Source of the DNA: Antedon mediterranea
Lineage: Eukaryota; Animalia; Echinodermata
Direction of reading: 5' to 3'
Length of the DNA: 64,000 nt
NCBI RefSeq assembly: GCF_964355755.1
Contig: NC_092673.1
Span: 6,076,001 to 6,140,000 of the forward strand
A model generated the notes under the pieces. It was not told the origin of the DNA and searched no databases. It worked only from the letters and a program-made list of their open reading frames with translations. Below, piece after piece: positions 1 to 12,824 of the stretch (the first letter of the stretch is position 1; each line of letters opens with the position of its first letter). Both the position numbers and the translations under genes were made by a program.

Positions 1-720
1 ATAAGTAAAATTAAATGAAAATTTTGTTATAAAATTGTATTCAAATATATTAATTACTTTGTCTAAACAATTGTTATGGTAATGTTTGAAATTTAATTAC
101 TGCAATTTAGTATTTCTGCAACTGATTTGTTTTGTTTTATTTCTTTTAAAAATATTTGTTTTTTCTTACTTACTTACTTACTTTGTTTTTTTTTTGTGCG
201 TGCTTGTTGACTTTTATAGTGTAAATTGTTTAATTCCAAGGTTGTTTGCTGTTCCGATGGTGATGTCTGGTTTGTTGATTACCTTATGTAAATGTGTTGT
301 GTTTTTGTTTGTTCCTAGTATTGGTGTGAAGTTTTCTATGCCACCTGAGTTTTAATGATGAAACAAGGTGGGTCTACTGTATTTGAATTGTGTTTTATGT
401 TAGTATGTGTCATTGTGTCTTTGCATTCTTTGCTGCTCCAAATTGTGGGTGCTTGTTTTTTACTTCCAAAATATGTGTTTTGTGTGTTTTTATGCGCGTA
501 ATGTTTAAGATCGTTGTGCAGGTCAAATTTAATTCTGAGTTCTTTTTAAAATGTTGTTGGAATGAATGAACCGCCATATTTTGAGATTTTTTGTTGATTT
601 TGATGTAGGTGAAAGTTATTATTATTTTATTTAACAAAAAATTATTATTTGTATTTCCTTTATTTATTTATCAGTTTCCTTCAATAAGATTTTGAACTGA
701 CAGTTTATACTGTAACTTAC

Positions 721-1333
721 CATCACTTTTAATCCTGAGCTTTTTTCTTTCTCCAGAGGCTCCATCAGCAATGGGACTAGGTCTTCTCTTTGACCTCTTT
801 GTCTCTATCCCCAACAAAATGTTACTGGCATTTTTGTCGAGAACCTTTGCAAAACGTCCTATTGACTTCTCTTCATCCACCAGAAGTTCTTCTCTCTCAA
901 GATTGAATACAAAATCCCAAATATTGCTAAAAGTGAAATTTCCTTCGCTGTATTGTAACTGCATGGTTGATACTTTTCTGGTATTTTCTCTTAAAGCTTT
1001 AAAAAGTCTTTTGCGATATTCTGTTATTGGTTCGCCCTTGGTAAAATTGTACTCTTCATTGTTGTTTGGATGCTTCACCTTAAACTGCTCTATTAGATCT
1101 ATAGCTTTCTGCTTATTTGTTACTCTAGCGATGTCTAACAGAATTTCTACATCAGTAGGGTTATATTGAATACATCCTTTGCTTTCAAGTTCATTAAACC
1201 ATTCGAGTGCTGGGACATCTTCTTTATTTAATACCTGTCCAGAGCAGTGGTCATTTAGCAGAAGTCTTAGCCACAAACGGTTCTCACCTTCATATCTATC
1301 ACTTACAGATTTAAGTAATTCTGCAAATTCCAT
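721..1333 (-). CDS. First coding exon of a tandem death-effector-domain (DED-DED) protein; the gene continues beyond the left window edge
   Basis: ORF 671..1333 has a DED-like helical pattern (FAELLKSVS...LEWFNELESKGCI) and a second repeat starting ITEYRKRLF, which resembles caspase-8/cFLIP DED2 'ISxYRxxL'. Acceptor TATAG|AAAATG at 1337-1338; phase-1 donor GATG|GTAAG at 720-719. Close paralogue of exon 15590-16193. Confidence 0.75.
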
Positions 1334-4300
1334 TTTCTATACAACTATGTAGAATTGAATTGTACAATAAATATAATATTTTGTTAAATTCCGAGAGTAC
1401 ATCATTAACACAATTTAATGATAACGTTTGTACCATGAAATATTCACAACTATCAACCTATAAACGTCTAAAATAATTATACAGTAATTCATTTTTGTAA
1501 ATGTTTATATCCAGTTGGAATTTTTTCAAATATATTTTTGTCGTGAGTGCGACAAACAGCCAGGTCAAGTTCAAAGATACCAACATTTAATAGGTTTGCT
1601 ATTATTTAATATATCATTGTTATATGCGAATTGAATTACTCTAAAGTTGAGAAGTTATTGACCTGAGGATCAAGAAATACATACCAACATCCCTACTCTA
1701 TGATGGATGCGTTGAGTTGTACAGTAATTTACAATTTAGAAGGAGCACACTATCACACCTAATTTCAGCCCCTTATATTTGATTAAATTAATACACCTAT
1801 TAACACCATTATTATATTTATATGACTGCATCTGATTTTGCTGGATCATCTAGTGTGTGTATGTGTATGGCACAAAAGGTTACTAATTTACATACCTTGA
1901 AAATTCCAAAACAGGATTTGGGTAGAACCAGGAATTTCACTCTTCCCTGGTAGAACATACAAGATGCCCGGAAATACAAACTCGTAGAAAAACCAAATTT
2001 TCTAGCACAAGCTGCCTTCACCGAATTTATCAGTTAAATCGAGGATTTCAATGTAGAGATAAATATTCTGCTATCTGTGACGTGGTTCAAAGTCCTGTAA
2101 TTATAAAAATACTCACAAAAGCATACTGATGAGAAATTCATTAAATATTAACATTGCTATCATTGATTACTGCAATGTTCACAATATAGTAGAAATACAT
2201 TTCAATTCGCTCACAAACTGACTAATTTATTATCATGTTTTATCTAAAAATAGGAGTATTATTCAAAGTTTAAAATGTTCTCAATCCGATAAACAAGGGT
2301 TTTCAAAAACTCTGTCCCATCTCGCACATGTGACGGTTATTTCGAGACACAAAAAGTGACGTCATTCCCCTCCTGACATAGTGATCTGAGTTTTCTTATA
2401 GCAGAATGAAACTAGAAATCTTGAAATATGAGTTTTCTATATCTATAAAACTCAGATATCCGAGTTTTCTAGATTTGAGTTTTCTAGACAGACACCCAGT
2501 CTTATTCTACAGTTATTGTCCTCTTTTTGCTTTAGCCTTGTCTAGCCAGAAGCTTCCACGATTTATCATGGTTAATGATGCCTGTTGAGAATGTCATACC
2601 TTCTTGGTGGCGGAATTGCGTACGCCATGTTTAATTCCTAGGCTTCGTATGTTGTACGTTACTCACAGTTCTAGGCCTATATAATTTATGCTGGTAGCAA
2701 AATTAGGTGTGTTCTCTCTTAGAAAAAGTGTCGAGGGCACCATGTGTTAAATACAATACTAATAAACATATATTTGGCTTTTAAACTAAAATTTAATATT
2801 AAATGTTTTTAAGCAGAAACGCCCAACGACTATCTAAACTATAAAACAAAACAAAATGTCCTTTTATTAGGCCTACCTGATTGTTGTGTTGTTAACTGAA
2901 ATTCAGAAATAAAAGATGAATGAAAAAGGAAACAGTAGGCCTACCTCTTATTACACCTTTAGGTAATAAATTGAGTATGTAGTCCTTCTTTAGTAATGGA
3001 GTAGTACGAAGCACATATTAATGGAGTGGTATATTTATTTAAAGCGAAAAACTAGATATAGCGTCACATACACAAAAGAATTTCTCAACCATGAAGCTTG
3101 AAATCATGAATATTTTATGTTGATGTGTAATAATGTAAAATCAATCGTGAACACTTGATAGTCTAATAAATATAATATAATGATATGTATTGATCCACTC
3201 TTTTGTGGTCATCGAAGTATGCAGTCTGATAATGTGCAATGTCCTCATGCCCACAAGTACTAAGTCATTCGATGTTGATTGTCGCTATAGCAACTGTTAA
3301 AACCAAGAATTAATAGTGATGGGTGGGGGACCAATATTAATAATATCTATAGTTGATTTATATAATATCGCGTTAAGATTTGACTCGCACTTATGGAAAT
3401 GAAAAAAAATGCCTCGCACAAACATTAGGCGTGCTACACATCCGCTTGCCTCAATCATAACGAGTTGTTCAAAATACTGAAATATAAATACTAAAAAAAG
3501 AATTGAATTGAATCAATAAAAATAACAAATCATGTGACATATCCTATTTACATCTTTTTAATATGAGAAATTTGTGGTTTTTATTGTAGCGTTGTGAATA
3601 AATACCAAGCCTTCTAGTTGTGAGCTCAAATTTCAGTAACCTTTATGTGGCATTTAATGGCTTAACTCCCCAACACCTGGATCTAAAAAGATAAACGTGG
3701 TGTCTTTGTCAATGTTATAGGGGTCACAAAATAAATAAAATTTTCGCAACTATATAATCACTCAGTCAGATATCCAGGGTCAATGACCTTTATTTAGTAT
3801 ATAAGGGCGCGTTTCATTCAGAATTCCAAGCCTAAACTAACATACAGCTAATCTCAAATGAAAAATGGAAAATTATTACAATACTGGAATATAACAACTG
3901 AAATCCAGTTAATTAAACCACAATAACTTACCAAAAATGTTATGATGACAGATGAACATACTGATAAACAACATCCTTCGCGTAGACTACATTAAGCCCA
4001 CTGTACCACATTGTACAAAACTGCCTTAGGCCTGAGCTTCCTACAATACACTTTCAATAGGGCTGTAAGGCTGACCAATCAATTGGTCAGAAAAAAAGTA
4101 GTCAGCTTGACAGACCATGATTGTGACACATGGTGTAACAAAATATGCAAATAAGTATATGCTTGAGTGAACTTAAAGCTACTAAACATATTACTAGATT
4201 AGCGAAAAGCGAGTAAGTTTACCTCTGTTCAAACTCCGTCTTAAGTTCTTCTTTCCTAATTAGTTTTGTTTCTTTTTATTTGTTTTGAATGTTTTTTCTT

Positions 4301-5275
4301 TTTATATTGAATTTATATTTAAATATTTTACTTAAATGATAATAATTTAAGTTAATATTTTTCTTTGAAAGGTGTAATATAAATAGTCGGCATTGATATT
4401 AATAGCTAGGTATAGAGGGAAGTTGGACTTTTGACACAAATATATTACATAACAAATATTTAATTATTATAGCTGTTTATTTTACAGTACAACAGAATTA
4501 TTATTGCTGTAACAATACTGAAACACAAAAAGTCATTTGAAATTAGAAGATTACAGAGAATAAAATATATTATATAACACCTCAATAAATTCCTGTCATT
4601 TGATTGGACGATCGTCAAATAGTACTTTTTTCGTGTAAAATATTTTTTTACTATTGCTTGTAAAATACAACAGCGCCGCCTATTTTGTACTTGCGCACAG
4701 TTGTCCAGAATTGGTTCAAAGTGTGTCAAAAGTCTATTCGCACGAATAAATACTGATTACGTTAATTTTTAATGGATCTAAGCGGTTTTCAGATCCGTAG
4801 AATTTAATGGAAGTATTTTTAAATAGGTATGACGTAATACAAATGGTGTTTTCTGATTGGTTGAGGCGAATGTGCTTAAGTCGATTAATATTACATTCAC
4901 TATTGAAAGTGTAAGGGTTTTACCCAGGGAAGCCGGTGAAATTAAAATTTCCCTCTTCTTTGCATGCTAAACCCAATACATCCAACTGGAATATTTTCTT
5001 AATGTATTGGACGTCATGAAATACTAATTTTTGATTGGATGACTTTAATTCTCATTGCAATATCATGTGTGATTAATTTGCATCCATGATTGAAACGTAC
5101 TTATTTAAAGTTCCACAGAGTTTAATGAAACCATATATATGTACAGTATGATGTCATTACAAATACTGTTTTCTGATTGTGTGAATAATATCAATATTGA
5201 AAATAGGTTTTTATTGCATGTTACAAATAAGGGTTTAGACATGAAACCTAAATGACTTCACAATCGTTTTGTATA

Positions 5276-5580
5276 TGTGAGTTGAGTGGCCGAGCGGCAG
5301 TGGAACCGTAATTACGTAGCCATAACAACGGCAGGGGTTCGAGGCTCACTCACTCCATGGTTCTGGTGGTAGAACGAGTCTTCTCGGATAAGGACTATAA
5401 ACCGTAGGTCCAGTGTACACATCTAGCTCGTGTGCACTTTAAAGAACCTAGTACATCTTTCGAGACGAGTAGGGGGTTACCCCGGTGTATTAGTACATCA
5501 CAGCCACTGATCACCAACTGGGCCCTCTGGGAGACCAGTCATTGACTGAAGACGTTACCCAGTATAAATATATATTTCAA
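5276..5580 (+). mobile_element. tRNA-headed SINE with Deu/Nin-type central domain
   Basis: A-box-like TGGCCGAGCGG and B-box-like GGTTCGAGGC, followed by CTCGGATAAGGACTATAAACCGTAGGTCC...GCACTTTAAAGAACC...GAGTAGGGGGTTACCCCGGTG, matching my recollection of the DeuSINE domain. Related copies occur at about 19073, 26200-26760, 30320, 30840 and 47165. Confidence 0.7.
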
Positions 5581-7338
5581 TTCAATTCGAGTTTGTCCCA
5601 CTTATTATGGATCTCAATGGAAATATATATATAATGTACATTTTTGACAATTAATATTTTCTTTCATTTGTATGTTACACAAAGGTTACAATAGTTAAAA
5701 TACATGTATATTTACATACGATGGGTGATTTCAGTATTCAACCATAGCCTATTTTCTTTCATTCCTTATATAAAATGTATAAATAAAACATGGCAATTAA
5801 ATAAAACACGTAAATTGTACTTATAACTGTCTCTTATTTGTGTTGTGTTCGGGTAGAGAGGCTATAAACAAATGGGAGAAATATAAAATATCCTCCCTTT
5901 TCACCAAGACAAAATGGATAAAACTATAAAGAAGAATGCAAAAGTTAGAAAATTCGATATTTAGAATGATAGCATGGAACGATATGTTTAATGAAAACCG
6001 TATATTAGAGTATATACACTGTGTGCAAGTCCTATATGCCATTTTGGCTCTGTGTGCATGCGAGACGGTTCATACCCGATGTCATCTTATTATAATATAC
6101 AACTACTATATACAATTTGTATTTGTACAGCTTTATATAAACCTCTGTAGAATATACCGTATTATAATAGTCGGTTAAGGTATAACCTATTATAATTATA
6201 TATAAAAGAGGCGAGAAAATGAACCATAGTTCCATTTCTTTACCTTTTTTTCAAAATGTGTGCTTTATAGATACAGAAGCATTCAAGGTTCACTTTTAAG
6301 TTGGTTTAAAAGCTATTTAACTAATAGACAACAGCGTGTTGTCATTGGGGGAGAGACATCTGATTGGCTCCCTCTGTTATCGGGCGTTCCGCAGGGCTCG
6401 ATCCTGGGCCCGCTTTTGTTTAATTTATTTATCAACGATCTTCCTTTAAAATTTAATCATTCCAAGTCTCTTTTATTTGCTGACGATCTGAAATTGTTTA
6501 AAGTGATTACCACTCCACAGGATGCTTTTTCACTTCAGGAGGATCTGGATGGTCTCGTGGAATGGACGGAGAAGTGGGGGATAAAACTTAATGCTAATAA
6601 ATGCAAATATTTATCTATAACACTTAAAAAAAGGCCTGTGCTCTTCAATTATAATTTGAATGGACATGATCTTGAGATGGTTTATGTATGGAAAGATTTA
6701 GGTATTTTTATTGATAGTAAATTAAATTTTTGTTCACATATTAATCATGTGTTGTCAAAAGCTAATAGAATGATGGGCTTAATATGGAAAAATTGTAGGT
6801 TTATGAACGACGGCAGGGCACTTTTATCTTTATACAAATCTATTATACGTCCTCACCTTGAATATTGTTCCGTAATTTTCAATTCAATTTCTCCATGTCA
6901 GGCCCGTCGAATCGACACTGTTCAACGGAAGTTTGTACGATTCCTGTCTTATAACTGTGTTAATTTTGCCTTTTCCATTGATTCTGTCAGCAATCGTCGA
7001 ACGATATCTGATATGGTTTTTCTATATAATATTTTAAATTCTAAATATGACTGTTCATTAATTTCACTATTTAGTTTAAATGTTCCTGGTCGTACACGAA
7101 ATAGACATTTATTGCATATTCCTTTTAGCCGTGTCGATCGATTGTACTAAGAGGGGGCTTTTTCATAGACTACCTTATACATTTAATAATCTAAATAGCA
7201 ATCATATCGATATTTTTAATGATAGACTTGGTTATTTTAAGAGGACGATTATGTGTTCACTTCTTGAACAGCCTGCATAACCTGTTTGATTAATTGAAAT
7301 TGTTTATGGCATGCCGATCTATGTTATATATATATATA

Positions 7339-7380
7339 TTGCACTGATGAAGGGCTAGTGTTGCCCGAAAGCTCTGCTAA
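7339..7380 (+). ncRNA. Minimal type I hammerhead ribozyme motif
   Basis: GCA-CTGATGA-A-GGGC-TAGTGTT-GCCC-GAAA-GC-TC^TGC: full catalytic core, stem II GGGC/GCCC, stem I GCA/TGC, palindromic AGCT in place of stem III. Predicted cleavage after C7374. Confidence 0.8.
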
Positions 7381-7502
7381 CTTTTCTGGCTGTTTACTTT
7401 ATCGTTTTGATTTAGCTTTTCGCTTTTTATTTTTGTATCTCCATTGAGATCCAGCCACTGATACCCACAGTATTGTCATTTATTTCAGTAATTTGCCTTT
7501 GG

Positions 7503-7505
<3 letters not shown>
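7339..7505 (+). mobile_element. Penelope-like element (PLE) pLTR remnant, family A, inserted in (TA)n
   Basis: Nearly identical to 48985-49145. Begins with a minimal hammerhead motif and ends in a (TA)n tract. Confidence 0.7.

Positions 7506-7580
<75 letters not shown>
7506..7580. repeat. (TA)n microsatellite
   Basis: About 75 bp of TA dinucleotide. Shorter TA tracts at 7325-7338 and 8367-8384 flank the PLE insertions. Confidence 0.95.
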
Positions 7581-7584
<4 letters not shown>

Positions 7585-7657
7585 CAAAGAGCTGCATAGG
7601 CAGGATATAGAAAAAAATCAAGATCAAATAAGTTAAAACTGCCTCAATATAGATTTA

Positions 7658-7700
7658 TTTTAACGACATGTTTCGGGCATAGCCCATCATCAGGTGAAAA
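7658..7700 (-). ncRNA. Minimal type I hammerhead ribozyme motif (mirror copy)
   Basis: Exact reverse complement of 8276-8318. Confidence 0.8.
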
Positions 7701-8275
7701 GAATTGTAACAAAGGATAACATATATAAGTCACAAAATTACATAATAAAACAAATCAGCCAATCAAAGATGTTAACAAACAAAAGGCATAGTTATAAAGG
7801 CACGCCTCCAAAAGCTATGGTGTACAAAGCAGGAATGGTTGCTTATAAAGCAGGAAATTTAAAACAAAGACAAAAGCTTCAAGTGTAAATAATTGTTAAT
7901 ATGTGAATGTCTCTGGCAAAATTAATATTTAAAGGATCTAAATTGTACATTTATGCCGGTAGGGGCAAGAGTGCCAAGCTTTACAATAATTGTAAAGCTT
8001 GGCACTCTTGCCCCTACCGGCATAAATGTACAATTTAGATCCTTTAAACATTAATTTTGCCAGAGACATTCACATATTAACAATTATTTACACTTGAAGC
8101 TTTTGTCTTTGTTTTAAATTTCCTGCTTTATAAGCAACCATTCCTGCTTTGTACACCATAGCTTTTGGAGGCGTGCCTTTATAACTATGCCTTTTGTTTG
8201 TTAACATCTTTGATTGGCTGATTTGTTTTATTATGTAATTTTGTGACTTATATATGTTATCCTTTGTTACAATTC

Positions 8276-8318
8276 TTTTCACCTGATGATGGGCTATGCC
8301 CGAAACATGTCGTTAAAA
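8276..8318 (+). ncRNA. Minimal type I hammerhead ribozyme motif
   Basis: TTTTCAC-CTGATGA-T-GGGC-TAT-GCCC-GAAA-CATG-TC^GTTAAAA: catalytic core, stem II, palindromic ACATGT stem III, GUC cleavage triplet (after C8311), stem I TTTTCAC/GTTAAAA. Confidence 0.82.
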
Positions 8319-8509
8319 TAAATCTATATTGAGGCAGTTTTAACTTATTTGATCTTGATTTTTTTTTATATATATATATATATATTTTATCTGTATTTTA
8401 TTGTTAACCGTTTTTGATGTTGTATTGTTTTATGTTTCAAACCTGTTAGTGGCGGTATTTATCGCTGTTGGTTTTGACTGAATAAAAAAAAAAAAAAAAA
8501 AAAAAAAAT

Positions 8510-9820
8510 ATCTGTTTCCGGTACCGAGTACAATATTTTAAAAGTTTGCTTCAATTCCAAACTTATATATGGTATAAACATTAATGTATTTCCATAAATC
8601 ATTTGCTTCAGTACATTGGTAAAAGAAGTGTTTATCATCTTCTATTACATTGCATTGCAGGCAAGTGTCTGTGTTATTAATATTCCATTTAAAGAGCCTT
8701 CTATTGGTAGGAATAATACAATGCAATAGTTTGAAATTTAGCTGTTTAAGTTTGTTATCTTTAATATCATTTACTTTTCTTTTCCATGTCAGTGACCAAT
8801 CGTTCTCTATATTAAAATGTGTTTCCCACTTTGTTTTACTCTTGGTTGGTTCTTTACATTTGTTTTTGATAAAAAAGATACGAATGTTTTTACAACTCAT
8901 TTTACTATACTGTATTGATATAACTTCGTTAACTTTTACATTATCAATTTTTGAATAGATTATATCTTTTCATTCTCGTGGTATTGCTTTTAGTAGACAT
9001 GACAATTCAGCAATCCAATTCGATTTGATATTTAACAAAAATAGTAATTTATTTGTATTGATAATTCTGTTATCAATTATAATATGTTTCATCTTTGTTA
9101 TACCAGATCTAATCCAATTCCTATATAAAAGGAGTGAGAAACCATTGTGTGTTATCAAGTTGATGCCCCATTTAGGTTGTTCTATAATTTGTTCATAGGA
9201 AAGTGATATTTTAACAGAATATTGATTGAATTCAGCTAAATACTTTAACATTGATTTATATAATAAAGGCATACTACTGTAATGTGTTTCTTTATATTTT
9301 ACTTTTGATATATTTTCAATAACCTCTCTTAGACCTATTTTGTTAAAATACATTTTAGGTAAACACTTCCATTTGAAGTGTCATCACAATCTTTTAAGCC
9401 ATGATATTTGTAGTGCCTTGACTTGAGATCTGAAGTCTGGAGCATTTACTCCACCACTTTTATAATCATTGATTAATGTTAATCTTTTTATCTTTTCTGT
9501 TTTATTATTCCAAATAAAGTCGAATACAATTTTATCGACTTCATTTAAAACGCATTCAGGGGTATCTATAATACTTGCGTTGTAGATTAACTTTGCTAAC
9601 CAAGTGTTTTTTAATTCATAACTTTGCCAAATATCGAGAGATTTCTTTTGTGCCATGTATCAAGCATTTTTTTAAAAGATTGAATTTTTTCAGACCAGTT
9701 TTTAGTAAAACATATTTCTTTGTCTTGGCCAACATGTAAACCTAGAATCTTAAAACTACTGTACACCCAATTGATGTTGAACAAATTCTCCTTCTTCTTT
9801 CTTTTTTTCCAACGCCCTAA
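8510..9820 (-). mobile_element. Degenerate L1/Tx1-clade LINE ORF2 C-terminal region
   Basis: Broken ORFs 9384..9656 (FIWNNK...GGVNAPD...WLKRL), 8970..9353 and 8538..8900 (KLLHCIIPTN...CLQC...H.FYQC, a zf-RVT zinc knuckle). Stops and frameshifts separate them. Confidence 0.85.
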
Positions 9821-11920
9821 TATTTTTTTTTATTTACACGTGCGTAGCCTGTCACTTTTAACGTGCTCGTTATCAAAATTGTTGTTTTTTCTCATTTTAA
9901 GTGAAATTTCATGGTTTCTTCCAGTTTCCATGGTTACACAAGACACTATTAAAATTTACCTAATATAAAATTATTAGTGGATTTATATAATTTAAGATGT
10001 CTTCTTCCTAATACAATATTCAAAAGTTTGGATATTGCCACATTTACCATTTTAGACTTTTGGCACACTTTGAATTGATTCTGGCCCACTGTGTTGCGTC
10101 GCGAAGATTGAAAGTTACGACTGGTTTCGCGATGGAAGTACATTTTTGGAAAGATAATATGTAATAATTAAGACCAAAAAAGGCATTTAAATTACCTTTA
10201 TATCGTTTGTATGACGTGGAATCTTTGGAAAAAAACAGAATTAGCCTAGATGAGTTTCAGTTGCCTGTCAAAGTTTCGTAATTGTATTTCTGCCTTTCTA
10301 GGCCTATCTATGCGCTTTACCCTTGCTGGAATAGGATTGTTTGGTCGTTTGTTGACATAATTAACACTACAGTAAGGTGTGTTTATAAAATCTAAATAAA
10401 TATAATATTTAATATATTATTAAATACCATATGTTACTGTTTCAATCAATGTGAATGAAATGTAGGCCAAGGCCTACCTTTTATTCAATCTGATTCAAAT
10501 GACAGGAATATATTTAGATGTTATATAAAATAAATAATGAATGTTTTATATTCGTGTAATGGTACAAATAATGACATGAGGTGAATGATGAAAGGTTATA
10601 TTGCAACGAGGCGAACACTCATAATCATTCATTATTTGTATAACAATTATTGATACTATTTGAGCTAAAAATATAAAAGAGAATTATAATATACTAATTT
10701 TAATACTCCATTTTTTAATATTCTTAACAAAAGTCTGTTCCATCTGCGTAAATATTGCTATATGTAAAATAAGTTTCTAACCAATCAATTATTGGACATT
10801 AATGTAAAATCAAGACACTTTAGACCTCACCTGTCGATATCACATATACAATACAAGTAATAATAGTAATATCATATACTGTATATACATATGCCAGGAA
10901 TGATATATTAAAAACGCATTATCATATTTCTACTACATGTATCAAATTTTATTTAATTGTGATTCATGCTTGTGAAGATATGATTACAAACGTGATTTCG
11001 TTAAATCGTGCATAGACCGCGTAATTTTAATAACCACGTAATAATAATTTAAAATCAAGACACTTTAGACCTCAGATGTCGATATCACAGATACAATAAA
11101 AGTAATAATAGTAATATCATATATTTATAAATATGCCAGGAATGATATATTAAAAACGCATTATCATATTTCTACTATGTATCAAAGAAATACCGACAAG
11201 ACAGAAAGCTCATATCTAGAACCATAGTTCTATTATCTTAAATTTAGTTTTGTATTGCCAGTTTTTATGCTTTAAATCGAATGTTATGATATAATATGCA
11301 AAACAATTGAAATAAAATAATCAATATCTTAAACTACAGTAGGGCATTATATAGATGATTCATACCATATTTGATTTGAAAATGGCTGCGAAAATATATT
11401 ATTTTGTTATTACCGGTATATTGTTATTATTATCCTACAACATAAAAATTTTTATAACTGTTTTTTTTCAATATCAAGAATGTAATCAGAAATGATGTCA
11501 CGTGGCTACAATTTTGGATTTCAATATTTCTGCCAAAATATATTATTGTTGCTATCTATATTACAGTGCCTAACACCATGAATAAAATAGGCCTATACTT
11601 TATTTTTTTCAAAATAACTTCCTTATAACTAACTCCTGAACAATTAGTTATGTTTTATTACTTAGAAAATATTGATAAATAGAATACTATTGCATATTTT
11701 AAAGCTTCCTTTGAATGTTGTAATTAAATATCGTACATTATTGTAATTAATTTGTTTAATTTTTCCTTTAAAAACACTCCACTTCCGGTCCGTTCGAGAA
11801 ACCAGTTGAGTAATTCTGTTTAATATATATAAAAAAAAGATTGTATAGTTATAAAAGATAATACGGTATTGTACTTCTTACAATTCTCTTATGACAGAAA
11901 TTCATGATGTAAACATAATC

Positions 11921-12084
11921 TTAAAACTCTGTCTACACTATCAAACTAGTTTTACCAAAAAAGTGTGGTGTGGCCAAATATGGTGATGATGTGCTTAATT
12001 ATGGTAGTGATATGACATCATCATGTCCATATATGGGCACATCATTTTTTTCACATAAAGTTTAATAGTGTAGACAGAGCTTAA
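11921..12084. mobile_element. Short MITE family with TIR AAGCTCTGTCTACACTATCAAAC
   Basis: Terminal inverted repeats with TA/TTAA flanks. Further copies at about 41177-41306, 45351-45430 (partial), 52690-52850, 55893-56049 and 56081-56232. Confidence 0.8.
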
Positions 12085-12824
12085 AGCCTGATTTCCATTA
12101 GCAAATACATTCGCGTGAACCGAACATTCTTGAGTTATGTGGATTGCGCATTTTTCCACGTCACGTGCATAAAAAGTAAATGAAAATATTAATACGCATG
12201 TGCACTTTCCTTTTGCGCGAAAAAATTCGCCTAGTGGAAAACCGGCTGAAGATTGGAGCTTGAAGTTAGTTTCAATGCATAATGATCGCTACTTTAACAT
12301 TTTACCATAGAATGTAGGCATAACTAATCAGAAAGAAAATTAATTTGATCGGTAACGATATTGAGATTGAAAACGTTTGAGGTATACCATAGTCTGAGAT
12401 AAGTGCTGATAACAATTGCATAATACTCTACTTGCTATTGAATATATTCTAGTCATGACTAAATGTGTCAACATTTTTTATTTCAAAATGGCGGCCACTA
12501 GGGGTTCTTATTTTTGGGCCATTTGTTGAGGATCCTTTGGTATTATAGAGCAACTTTGGGAAGTTTCATGATTTCTTTCATAAGTGCACAGATTCTTCTC
12601 GAAGATCAACTTTAGCCACTCTAATTAGCAAACTAAACATTACAGGTACTTACATTGACCTCAATGCAAAACAAGAAATCCTATGAAAAAATAGATATTA
12701 ATTTGTTTACTCTCAGTTTCTATATTCTAAAATGAAAAAAAAAAGTGTGTTCTTTAACAACAACAACAAAAAACATAAAATATCATGTCTATGGAATCTA
12801 TATGAAATAAAACATTGAACTTAC

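Larger units (their letters stand above)
7581..8365. mobile_element. Penelope-like element 3' end duplicated as a head-to-head inverted repeat (fold-back), family B
   Basis: 7611-7987 is the reverse complement of 7989-8365 with a 1-nt loop and one mismatch seen (7927/8049). Each arm encodes IVKLGTLAPTGINVQFRSFKH*, the PLE GIY-YIG C-terminal motif 'L.TL.P.G(L/I)N', and carries a hammerhead motif. The left arm has a 30-nt extra tail at 7581-7610. Confidence 0.85.
6280..8508 (+). mobile_element. 5'-truncated CR1/L2-group non-LTR retrotransposon (RT C-terminal half, 3' UTR, poly-A), interrupted by PLE insertions
   Basis: ORF 6260..7150 carries RT motifs SGVPQGSILGPLLF, LFADD, KDLG and RPHLEYC, with a frameshifted tail at 7080-7280. 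The 3' UTR resumes after 8385 and ends in AATAAA plus poly-A at 8481-8508. Confidence 0.9.

Noticed and set aside
771-1169. Plus-strand ORFs overlapping DED exons (also 28731-29057)
   Set aside because: Antisense shadows of real coding exons.
7694-8282. Two identical 64-aa ORFs on opposite strands
   Set aside because: They are a by-product of the PLE palindrome, antisense to the pLTR, and start at GTG; not genes.
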